Source of the DNA: Eledone cirrhosa
Lineage: Eukaryota
Direction: 5' to 3'
DNA: 64,000 nt
Assembly (NCBI GenBank): GCA_964016885.1
Contig: OZ024740.1
Location: 222,518,001 to 222,582,000 of the forward strand
Shown: piece by piece, positions 52,726 to 64,000 of the stretch
Layout: the number at the start of each line of letters is the position of its first letter
Position numbering within the stretch: position 1 is the stretch's first letter
Notes under the pieces: model-generated
Database searches by the model: none
The model's input: only the letters and a program-made list of their open reading frames with translations
Told to the model about the DNA's origin: nothing
Translations under genes and position numbers: made by a program

Positions 52726-52726
<1 letters not shown>
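50974..52726 (-). mobile_element. 5'-truncated second copy of the Tx1-like LINE, in (AAT)n
   Basis: ORF 51703..52671 (YADD, KLLGVWF, LSLKGR, GGLGMP); 3' UTR homologous to 44423-44920; AAT repeats on both sides. Confidence 0.92.
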
Positions 52727-52759
<33 letters not shown>

Positions 52760-53682
52760 GAAGAAGAAGAAGAAGGATATGTATATATGATGCGCCCTGT
52801 AAATATAATGTCTGCCAAATTTCATGTGTATCAAGTCCCATGAGGTGAGATAGAATGGATTATGGAGAATGAAAGGAAATCAACAAACACACAAAATAAT
52901 TTTTCTAAATATCATTTGTCTTCTACTATAGCCTTGTGAGTGAATTTTAGTTGACAAAAACTCTGCACAAGCCTATTGTTTATACGTGTATGCCTGTGTG
53001 TGTCTGTGAGTGTATGTGTGTTTATGTCTCATACCTTAACAGACAAAAATGATTCATAAAATAAGTATCTGACATGAAAAGTACATTTTAAAATAATTAC
53101 AGAATTTGATATGATTCACTAAGCCCCTTTCAAGGACATTCTCCAGCATCGCTGTAGGTTAATGGTATAAACCAATTAAAGAACAAAAGAAAGTTAGTAA
53201 GATGTAAAAATATAGGAATAAGTAATTAATGTAACACTTCACACTAACCAACAAGAATTTCTAAATGAAATAATATCAATAACACACATTTCTTTGTTAT
53301 TCTATTGTTTACTTATTTTATAGTCAAACTAAAGTAAAACTAGTTTGGTTCACTGTGAATATTAAATTGTGGAACAACCAATTCAACAGGTTCAACTGGT
53401 TTTTAGAGAAATGTATTAGATTGCTTTATATATATAGTGTAAGTCCAGGTATGTCTGTGTGGTTGTGTGGCTAAGAAGTTCACTTTCTATCTATCTGGTT
53501 AGGAGTTTGGTCACACTACACAGTATCTTATGCAAGAACAAGTATCTTTTACTGTAGATGGAAACCGCATCAAAACCGGCTGAATACACACGCACATACA
53601 CACATGCAGATTATAGTTTTACTTTGGGAGAGTCATGCTGCCAATAAAAACACACATAAACCTGTTGGGTATCACTTCAAGG

Positions 53683-53868
53683 GGGATTGGCAGTATCGGT
53701 AGAAGGTCGGATGCCATGCTTTGCAGCCTAGAGTCAGGCTCGTTTTATAGTCTGAGTTCAAATCCCGCCGAGGTTAACTTTGCCTTTCATCCTTACGGGG
53801 TCGATAAAATAAAGTACCAGTAATGTACTGGAATAATTGCTGCCTTGTGCCAAAAGTAGAAACAATTA
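53683..53868 (+). mobile_element. SINE S1
   Basis: Same sequence as the other S1 copies. Confidence 0.9.
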
Positions 53869-54424
53869 TAATGATTTCTCAGTCAGTGTCTATTTGATAG
53901 ATGTTTATGGCTACTGGCATATCACAATGATTGCATAACTGCACCTATGATTGCATAAGAATCTGATGAAGTCACATGAATAACCATGTAACAGAATTAT
54001 ATATTCAATAAACAATTATGGTGAAATAATTCTGTCTTTTCTATCATTATTTGATAAATGAATATTCATTATCACTTACCTAGCATAAACTACTGAAGTG
54101 CTTTGGATCGCTAGGACTTGCTTATCCTCAGGAAGTAACAACTAAGATAAACAACACTCTTCTATAACTATATATATATCTAACCTGAATGTATTTTCGT
54201 TGCTTTGGTGTTATGTAGCTAGGCACGCCTGCTGCAGTTTTCAATTTGTCACGCATTCTAAAGTATGTTAATTACTCTAAGGTGATACAGCCTTATTGAG
54301 TGCTTTGCTGCACAAACCTAACTGCATATCGTTAGCTTTGCCACAACAAAAAATTTGATTTTACTAAATTTCCATTTGTATATATATATATATATATACA
54401 AGGGAGCTTCTATATATATACATA

Positions 54425-55798
54425 CAAGGGAGCTTCAAAAATTTGCGGAAAAAGTACATAGCTAAAAGTCATATGCAAGGATTTTGATCTCAACGCATTC
54501 TTGTACTAACGTGTCACAACATGTTCTAACATGAACCCTTAAATGCATGTTACAATGCAGCATTGCCAGTTGGAAGTCAACACCCGCTCGAGCGCATGAC
54601 CTCCATCAAAATTGAGGCCAGGACAAACATCAAATTCAGGGTGAAGCTAGGGTGAAATAGCAGCGAAATCACTGACTCTCTGCAGAAAGTTTATGGGGAC
54701 AACGCCCCAAAGAAATCAACAACCTACAAATGGATGTCTTTTTAGAAGTGAGATTGAAGATGATACCTGCAGTGGCAGGCCATCCACGTCAGTCTATGTG
54801 GAAAACATCGATGCTGTTCACAACCTAATTGAAAAGGATAAGTGAATAACCACAGAATCAGTAGCTGACACACTCAACATCTCTATGTTTTCTGCACACA
54901 CCATTCTGGTGGAGAGTTTTGGGCTGAGCAAGCATTCTACTGTTGAGTCTCAAAGCTGTTGCACCCATACCAGCAGCAAACAAGGGCAGATCTTTCGATG
55001 GAAATTTTGAACATGTGGGATGAAGACCCTGAAGCTTTTCTGCAGAAAATTGTTACCAGGGATGAAATGTAGCTCTACCAAGGACATAATTCAATCAAAG
55101 CAGTGGCTGCCCAGGGGTGAAGTGGGCTAGTCAAGTCAAAATTTGAGCATTTTAGAGTGAAGACCTCGGCCACTGTCTTCTGGGATGCAGAGGGAATTTT
55201 GGTGGTTGACTTATTTGAGAACAAAAGAACGATTACAGCAGCATATTATGAAGGTGTTTTGAGAAAACTGGCTGAGAAAATCGTAGAAAAACACCTGGCG
55301 AAGCTGCAATGGCATGTCCCCTTCCACCACAACAATGTGCTTGCTCATGGTACTTTGCAGACACACGAGCTGTATTGCATGAATTTCGATGGGAAATCAT
55401 CTGACAGCCATCTTAAAGCCCTGATTTAGCCCCATCTGACTTATTTTTGTTTCCAAACTTGAAAATATCATTGAAAGGTGCCTCTTTTCCATCAGTTGAA
55501 GATGTAAAAAAAGCTGGTTTGATATGGCTTAAATCACATGGCTCTCAGATTTACACAGATGGACTTAAAGGCTGGTATCAACGCTTGCAGAAGTGTATTG
55601 TTTTAGATGGAGCAGATGTTGAAAAATAAACGTCATAACTTATAATAATAATAATGAAATTATTGTGTACAGTGCTCAGGTGCACTACAACTCATCAAAG
55701 GTGCATGTATAGTACATAGAATAATGTATAGTACATAGATTAACTTAAACCGTTTTTTCCAATTGTCCTTTTTCCTCAAGCTTTTTGAATCCTCCTCA
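54425..55798 (+). mobile_element. Mariner (Tc1/mariner, DD34D) transposon, decayed
   Basis: Imperfect ~30-bp TIRs, TA on both sides; IVTRDE, ATVFWDAEGI, FHHNN, PDLAPSD.FLFPNLK, RLQKCIVLDGADVEK; multiple stops. Confidence 0.92.
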
Positions 55799-56687
55799 TA
55801 TATATATATATAGGACTATGAGCCAAACACAACACCACTAATATATATGTATATATATTAATAAATAAGTATATATATATATATAAAGAGAGAGAGAGAG
55901 AGAGATGTAAAATCCTGACTGAGGCACCAAGCAGTTTCAGCTTGTGTGTTCAGCAAGACTTTTTAAGGTTTTAGTAATATTTGTAAGGTCTCACATGACT
56001 TGGTAGTGTCTTAGTTGAGTTTATCATAGTAGTAAAGTGGTCTGATGCGAGGGGGGGGGGGTGATTAGTGGGTAGGAGTGAAATAGGAAGAGAAGGGGCA
56101 TAATGGTCATAGAAATAGGGGAGGGAGGGTAAGGCTATTTATAGATGGAGCTTATAGGTTGAAAGGGTATTTCTAAGTGAAGAATTAACAGTAACAATTT
56201 GGTTATATAGAAGTAAATGAGCAGATGGCTAAAGAAAATAGTAAATAAAATCAAATAAGGTCAAGTAAAATATAGGGATTAGAAAATATATAAAGTGTAT
56301 TAAATGGGTTGTTAAACACTAATATGTATATAAATATATATATACATTTGAAGGCACATTGCTTAATGATTAGAGTGTAGGGCTTGCAATTGAGTGATTG
56401 TGAGTTTGAATTTTGGATTGGGTGATGTGCTGTGTCCTTGAGTAAGAGAATTTATTTCACGTTGTTCCAGATAATTCACCTGTAGAAATGAATTGTGGTA
56501 TCACTGGGGCCAAGCTGTATTAGCCATTGCCTTTCCCTTGGACAACAATGGTGGTGTAGAGAAGGGAGAGTGGTAAGTATGGGTGACTGCTGGTCTTCCA
56601 CAAAAAAGACCTTGCCCAGGCTTGTGCCTCGGAGGGAAATTTCTGTGTGCAAAACAATGATAATCAGTGATTGATGGGAGCCGTAAA

Positions 56688-56743
<56 letters not shown>

Positions 56744-56745
56744 GG

Positions 56746-57172
56746 AAAGTTATATTTAAATTGTTGGGTTACAACTAGTAAATATTTCTATATATATGTA
56801 TCTATCTCTATTTCCTCTCTCTCTCTATATATATATATATATCTCTGTTTCTTTACATGAAGTTCTTCTCTTTATCTATCTTTCCATCTCTCTATTTTGT
56901 TCCATGCATTTCTTCTTTTTCTTCGTTTTCTGTCTTTCTTTCCTTTTTTTCTCTCTTTCTTTCTCTCTGTGTACAATTTTTTCACTGCCAAATCAACCTT
57001 TTCAAATACAAGTCGATGTTGTTACGGTATGTCGAATCTATTTATCTATAAAACTGTTTATATTGTATTTTGTCTGAGGAAGGCATAGCATATTGTTAGT
57101 ATGATATCCCTGAAATATATATAATGAAATAAATATGGTTTTATAAATATAGTTTCCATTTATTTAATATTG
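56746..57172 (+). mobile_element. pLTR family X: inverted tail piece plus forward tail-less pLTR
   Basis: 56746-56787 matches 35681-35722 in the same orientation; ~56900-57172 is the reverse complement of ~35765-36020. Confidence 0.8.
57066..57131 (+). ncRNA. Type I hammerhead ribozyme (family X)
   Basis: TATTTTGT-CTGAGGA-AGG..CCT-GAAA-TATATA-TA-ATGAAATA. Confidence 0.8.
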
Positions 57173-57224
57173 TATATATATTTATATATATATATATATA
57201 TACACGCATGAAATGTATAGCCTT

Positions 57225-57304
57225 ACACATGCTGATGAACCGAGGTTATTCCATTTCTGTCAACAAATTACTGGCGAAACATCTCTTTGGATTTGTACGT
57301 GTGT
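57225..57304 (+). ncRNA. Type I hammerhead ribozyme
   Basis: ACACATG/CGTGTGT stem I; CTGATGA at 57232; A-CC..GG-C stem II base; GAAA at 57276; GUA 57295-57297. Confidence 0.75.
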
Positions 57305-57468
57305 TATATAGTTATAGAGGTATTTATTTACGCTTTAATTTATATTTTTAATTATCGTGTCTATAGTCTGCCTTTCATAGGTTATAGATTCCATACACTG
57401 GTGGTTTTTTCCCTGTTTTATTGATAACGCACTATATATCTCTCTCTGGTGTGTTACCTTTTCAACAT

Positions 57469-57507
<39 letters not shown>

Positions 57508-60500
57508 TTCTTAGGTGAACATGGTCTTACTATTCTAAACTGGTACTTACTATTTTAGACTAATAAGACTAATTTCACCTAAAGAACTCAATACTTGGTG
57601 AAGTAGAGTGTATATATTGTAAAGCGTTAGTGCCTTATGTCTGAGGTCGCATCAAAACGATGTGAGTACGGCCATTTATATATGTGCATGAATGTATATA
57701 TACATATATATGAGTGTGTGTATATTTTTACTGTTTACATCCCCCCTCAAAAAAAGAGATTGATGAAATAAGTACCAGGCTTTAAATGAACTCAATATGA
57801 CGAACTAAATCCCTTCAATATGGTGCTCCACTATAGTCACACTCTAATTATGGAAATTAGTAAAAGCAAAAAATAAGTAGTGGTTGTTTAGGAATAGATG
57901 TAAATATGTCCAAGATTAAGTTTTGATTAGACTTGAGTGCCTAGCTCGAAAACTGTTACTTACATCTTAACCCTTTTTTTTTCCAAACTGCCTGAAACTG
58001 ACACCTCAGTACTATGATAATGAACTCTATATTTTAAAATGTAATTGCAATTATCAAAGAACTTTCCATTAAAATTTCATCTAAGAATCTTTGTGAAGTT
58101 CTCTCTCCTATTGGCCCTTTCTCCAGAGCAGAGGGGGCTCTTCAGTTGGAACTATTAACTACATTTTTTGTAATGGTGTGACAAAAATGCACCCAGTATA
58201 CCTTGTAAGGTTGTTGGCATCAGGAAAGCACCCTGCTGCAGAAACCATGTAAAAGGGTTGAGAGGACCCTTAGTTGTGTCAATGGCACAACAACCACTCT
58301 AAGGCTGGTTATCTACACTAAATGCACTGCAATGTTATTGGTAATAAGAAGGGCATCCAGTCACAGAAAGCTTGCAGACACAAAGGTCTATGAGGATACT
58401 ACAATTATGTTAAGGTCATGACAGCCTCCCTAGAGTTGGTGATCTACATAATAAATGCACTATGTGAAGGCTGTAAAACTTGGTGAATCCCCACTTATGT
58501 CAAAGACATGACAAACTCTCTAGAGATGTTGCCATGAGAAATTGTACTTGGTAGAATGCAGAAACATATGTAAACGAGATGCAAACCACCAGCCTTTCTA
58601 GGAGGTCAGTTGCCCCATTTCAGTGCAGACTTGGTCTAAAATGACCCACTCAACTCTTGCTAGCAAGAAAAGTGGACGTTAAATGATGATAATGATGAAG
58701 TCGATGATGTTGATGGTGATGAATCTTTGTTAAGTCATGTTTCAAGCACCAGCTTAATAATGAGAAAATGAGTTAGATTACTAAATCCCTCCAAATTTCT
58801 CATTATTTTCCAAACTGTTTCCAAATAGCGTCTTTCATTAGAAATATTAGAAATAAAAAGTTAAAAGCCTTTCTGAAGGCTTCATTGTAAAAATCTATTT
58901 ACCTTTCATTAGACCATATAGGCATCGAGCTTGTCTCAGAAATCATATGTACAAACTAAAGTAACTGTCTGAAAAGGTTAGCAAAATTTGCACTTTACCT
59001 ATCCACTACTAGAGAATAATGACTAACTCATCTCTTATTTCCAACTTCTTTACATGTAAATTACTAATGGTGTAATATTGTTTATGTCCGTTTGTTCTTA
59101 AGATTAGTAGGGCATTGTTTCTAAAGCATAGGCTAAAATAAATACTTTGTGCTAAGTGTATAACATATATTGTTTACAAATTTTACCTAATATAGGCATG
59201 GAGGATGACCGCAGTAGAAGAAGACCATGTAAATCATGTGTAGAGGTGGGAGAGCTGACCTCAGATTGCTGAAGTGAGTGGAGGAGATGACGAAAGACCA
59301 TGACGAATAGAGGGATGCTGTGCTAAATAGGACCCATCCCACCCTTGTAAGCAGGGAAAAACGGACGTAAAATGATGATGATGATGATGATAATAGATCT
59401 CTCTATGTGGAGTGGGGTAAACAATTTATTTTGGTATTTTAAAAAATGACAGTCACACGTAATACAAGTTTTACCTTTTGGTTGTTCACAACTATATCAC
59501 TATAAAAATAAGAAATTCTTCATATTAGAACATCTAAATAAGTTCAATTCTAGTTTTTAAATCAGAATCCCATTATTCTTTTACAAGAAATATTTGTGGG
59601 GAAGTAGTCTGCTGTCAATAAATCATATCTTAGCTCTACACCACAGATAGCAAAAGTCAGCATCACCTTTTGAAATTCATTGATGGTTCAATAAACAAAA
59701 ATGAAATCTTTTTTCAATGAAGTGAAAATATAAAAAAATATTGTTTAATGTCTACAGATTAAAGAAACTTAGCTTAAAACGGAAATTAGAAAATATTCTT
59801 GAAGAAGAAATAAAATTAGAATATTTCAAAACATAAAATTTTACAAATATATTTCTATAAAATATATTTATATTCAAGATGTTTTAAAATAATTCATAAT
59901 AGGATTCTGGAAATAAAATTTATACATTTCTTTTTAAGTCACAAGAATACATATTTTGTATACTCATACATATAAGTAAATATGTATATACACAACTACA
60001 TTTTCTTCGTGTCAGTGTGTGTATATATTTAATAGTTTATTTGATATCATATAATGTACAAATATAATTATTGTTAAGCTTTCTCACATAAACATTCAAA
60101 CATATGATTTATATTTTGTGCATAAATTTATTGCCTATTGTCTTCTATAATCAGAAGCAAGAATTTCTACAGATTTTTACTTAATATGGAAAACAAGATG
60201 TTCAAATTCTTTTTAAAATCTATGAAAAATTTACCATAATAATAATTCTTTGTTTACTATTACTAGCAATGTCCATTCATTCATACAATGAACACACATA
60301 CAAAAGCAACCAGTGTCCATTCATTCATACAATAAAATCATATAAAAATTTATGGTTAAAAACAGAACAAAGTTATATAAGAATGACAGGGAGAGACATT
60401 ACACAATATGTTATGATTTCGAGTTAGAATTCTCATTTCATGCCTGTTTTCTCATGGAAAAAGCCTGCAGCTTATCCTGGTTACATGTGATATTAAGTAA

Positions 60501-62327
60501 CTTAAATGACAAAACTTTCTCTGGACAGGATATCAGTCCATCACAAGGTCAACACCCATCTGCCCCGAATAGTCATCTTAAAATGAGAGAAGTAGAGCAG
60601 TGTGAAATGAAGTGACTTGCTTAAGAACATAATGTCAACCAGTTTCAAAATCAAACACATGATCCTATGATAATGAATCCCAAACCATAACCACTTGGTA
60701 AAATGCCTTCAAAATATAAAAGTACTTCAGTAACTTGTCATATTGGAAACTGGCCCATCCAAAAGTACCCCACGAATACAATTTAGTTTGTATGGGGTAT
60801 CATGATGTGATAAACTATTTGCGATCTTCAACAACATCCAATTAAATGTGTCTACTGCTGAACTCTTAAGAGAGGGAGAGAGCCATCTCTGAAGCAAAGT
60901 TGAAGAAAGATTCAAACTAAGCTACTTTTAAAATTACAGGCAAGCATTTTTTAATGTAATTCAATAAATGTGTAACTATATGTAGTGACAGCAGAAAGAG
61001 TATTAAAACTAAAGCAGGGGTTAACTCTATGGGCCCCTTGAAAATCTTCATATTCATCTTGAAGACTTTCCTTAAGAGAAGCTACATGCCTTTCCTGATA
61101 TGAACCATTTTGGTTATCTCTTATTGCATACAGAGTGACCACAAAAACACTCCTTGATTTCAAATACTGCAAAGAGTCTGGACTGAACTTTATCATCGCA
61201 AAAAGGGGTGCACATCGAGTGTCTATGATAGCAACCAATACCACATAAAACATTGTTAGTTCATGCAACTGTAGCCACCAATATTGTAACAATATTCATT
61301 TAAGTTTTTATATCATAAGTATTTGAAATCAAGGAGTGTTTATGGTCACCCTGTATTCTAAACCAGATACAAACAACATAAGTTTTTATTAAATCTCATG
61401 TCATACAGTGAGTTGTCATGATAGAGTGATGTTACAAACATATTTTGATTCAGCAGAAAAAATATGAAAGCAAATATTTCCAGTCTTGAAATAAGATGTT
61501 TTTGTTGCCCAGTTTTATTGTATTCCATATTGTTGTTGTTATGTAGCATCAGGTCATCATTATTGATCAAATGTGATTGAACTGTAATGATCTGTACATT
61601 TTTTCAGGATCAACATATATAGGTTTACATTATCAAAAGAGTGTCTCTATTTTTTTTAGGATATAATTTGAAATAGATCAGACTACTATTTCTACCATAT
61701 CACATAACTACGCAGAAGTTCTTCTAGTAGTTTCACTAAATTATCCATCTTGATCCTAATGGAATGAAACAACACTCTATCAAATCAAGTTCAATAACAT
61801 TTTTCATAAAGGGAAAGTTCACCTGAGTAATAATAATATATATTTCAATATCTGGATCAGAGGGTAAGATCAACGACATACTTCATAGTTAATATATTGC
61901 CACCCACTGAAACTACTAAATCAAAGAATAATGCAATATACCACACACGAGATCAAAGAATTTTCATGTTTCAATAATCCTGGCACAAAGCAAAAACACA
62001 TATGATATAAGCAGAGGAAAATATTTGTTGACAACACTAATAAAATCTCTTTATTGTTGTAGAATATGAACAATGATAAGATGTATGTGTTTGTGAATGT
62101 TATTAAATTGTCTTTTCATATGAGCAACTTTAAAATGTGCAATAAAATAGGTAATTTACAAACAAAATTTAACTCAAGATTGGATTGTATATCTTTTTCT
62201 CACTCTCTTTGCACTTTGCATCTATATGTGTGTGTTTTTGTCTATTTCCTTGTCTGTCCCTCACTCCTCCTCTCTCTCTCCCTCTCTCACATCTACACAC
62301 ACACACATACATATATATAATAGAGAA

Positions 62328-62364
<37 letters not shown>

Positions 62365-62438
62365 TAGAGAGAGAGACAGACAGAAACACAGACACATATA
62401 TACAGATATGTATATAAATGAGGAATTTCATGTTAAAT

Positions 62439-62830
<392 letters not shown>

Positions 62831-63196
62831 AATTATTTCCAATAAAATATTTCTATATTTCTTGTTTATTGAATAGCAAGCAAAAATATTTGGGTTGAAT
62901 GATCATTCTGTGTTAAATGTTTATATTTAGAATAGTAATTCATAATCAACTGAGAAATGCTGAATAAATCTGTCAAAAGCACAAGATTTTAGCAAAGAAG
63001 AAAATATGTTGATTTGAAGTCAAAATGCCATGAAAGCAAGAGACCAGTTTACTTTTGAGATATCTTGTTGCAAATTTCAATAATGACTCAGCAACACATA
63101 GTAATGTTCATGGAGTTTTATCTATTTTGTTTTCGTATTTGTTATTTGCTGATAGGAAAATATTATATAAATATCTTTAGTTTCAGAATAAATTCA

Positions 63197-63243
<47 letters not shown>

Positions 63244-63349
63244 TGTATCTGTGTATATATATATACACATATATATATCTGTGTATATATATATATATAT
63301 ATGGGGAGGGTCATATTGTTGTAATAATATTGCCAGAATTAATAACAGA

Positions 63350-63670
63350 ACACACTCACTATTTGGTAAGATGTACAAAGGGTACTTGCAGAAACATGAC
63401 AACAACATACATAGGTGAGACAGTTCGTAGCATAGGTGAAAGGATAGACCAACACTGGGGGGGGGGGGGGGGGGACACTAAAAGGACGAAAAAGTGTTTC
63501 AGTACTATACAAACACGCCAGACAACAACACGACGGTAACATAGACAACATAGAAATTAAAATAATATCGAAACATAGAAATGACCCAGCAGATAGTAAA
63601 ATCAGAGAGGCCAGTGAAATAGAACTTAGAAGGCCAAAGCTAAACAGAAAAAATGAATGGAATAACAACA
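63350..63670 (+). pseudogene. GIY-YIG endonuclease fragment of a second (Penelope/Neptune-type) PLE
   Basis: YLVRCTKGTC...YIGETVRSIGERIDQH, then after a G-run IEIKIISKHRNDPADSKIREASEIELRRPKLN. Confidence 0.8.
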
Positions 63671-63940
63671 ACACTGACTTAAGAGAAATATAAATGAATA
63701 AATAAATAAATAAATAAATAAATACGTACATAAGCACAATAACAACAAACTCATATAAACACACACTAGTAAACTAAGATAGAATACAATAACCAAAACA
63801 CAGTCACCCAAACACGAACACACATCAAACACTATACACACACGCAAACACATGCAAAGACAAAAATAAATAAATAAATAAATAAATAAACAGATTAAAT
63901 AAAGATGGCGTAGACATACAATACAACAGGAGGAAACATA

Positions 63941-63994
63941 ATAGCACCACTGACGATGTTGCAGATGTGCAACGAAAGAGCTTTGTTAGACTAT
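63941..63994 (+). ncRNA. Hammerhead in the 3' region of that PLE (imperfect stem I)
   Basis: CTGACGA at 63950; GTTGCA-GATG-TGCAAC stem II; GAAA at 63974; GAGC-TT. Confidence 0.65.
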
Positions 63995-64000
63995 ATATGT

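Noticed and set aside
53959-54006. Hammerhead candidate CTGATGA-A-GTCACATG..CATGTAAC-A-GAAT
   Set aside because: GAAA is mutated and the stem I/III register is off. Probably a decayed copy, not counted.

Overview
An AT-rich, microsatellite-dense eukaryotic intergenic or intronic window. The SINE types, the (TA)n/(GAT)n/(TAA)n tracts and the TE mix suggest an octopus or other coleoid cephalopod (inference). No confident host gene is present, and most listed ORFs are microsatellite artefacts. Recognisable elements: a near-intact, 5'-truncated Naiad-clade Penelope-like element (PLE; RT plus C-terminal GIY-YIG, 37212-39390, minus) lying between the arms of a ~1.7 kb inverted duplication; a near full-length Tx1/L1-clade LINE plus a truncated copy; R4/Dong-like RLE LINE fragments; RTE fragments; a decayed mariner; a 2.9 kb non-autonomous hAT with perfect TIRs and TSD; and many tRNA-derived SINEs. 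The main discovery is non-coding. About ten type I hammerhead ribozymes from unrelated PLE pseudo-LTR families sit in (TA)n tracts. They share (i) a covarying hairpin with a UU bulge (R-Y-U-Y/stem/loop/stem'/UU/R-A-R-Y), lying 26-57 nt downstream of the cleavage site where both can be seen, and (ii) an asymmetric head-to-head architecture in which one arm carries the hairpin tail and the other stops just before it. One ribozyme is preceded by three 33-bp octamer-bearing repeats, resembling an snRNA-type promoter. All structures were paired by eye, not computed.
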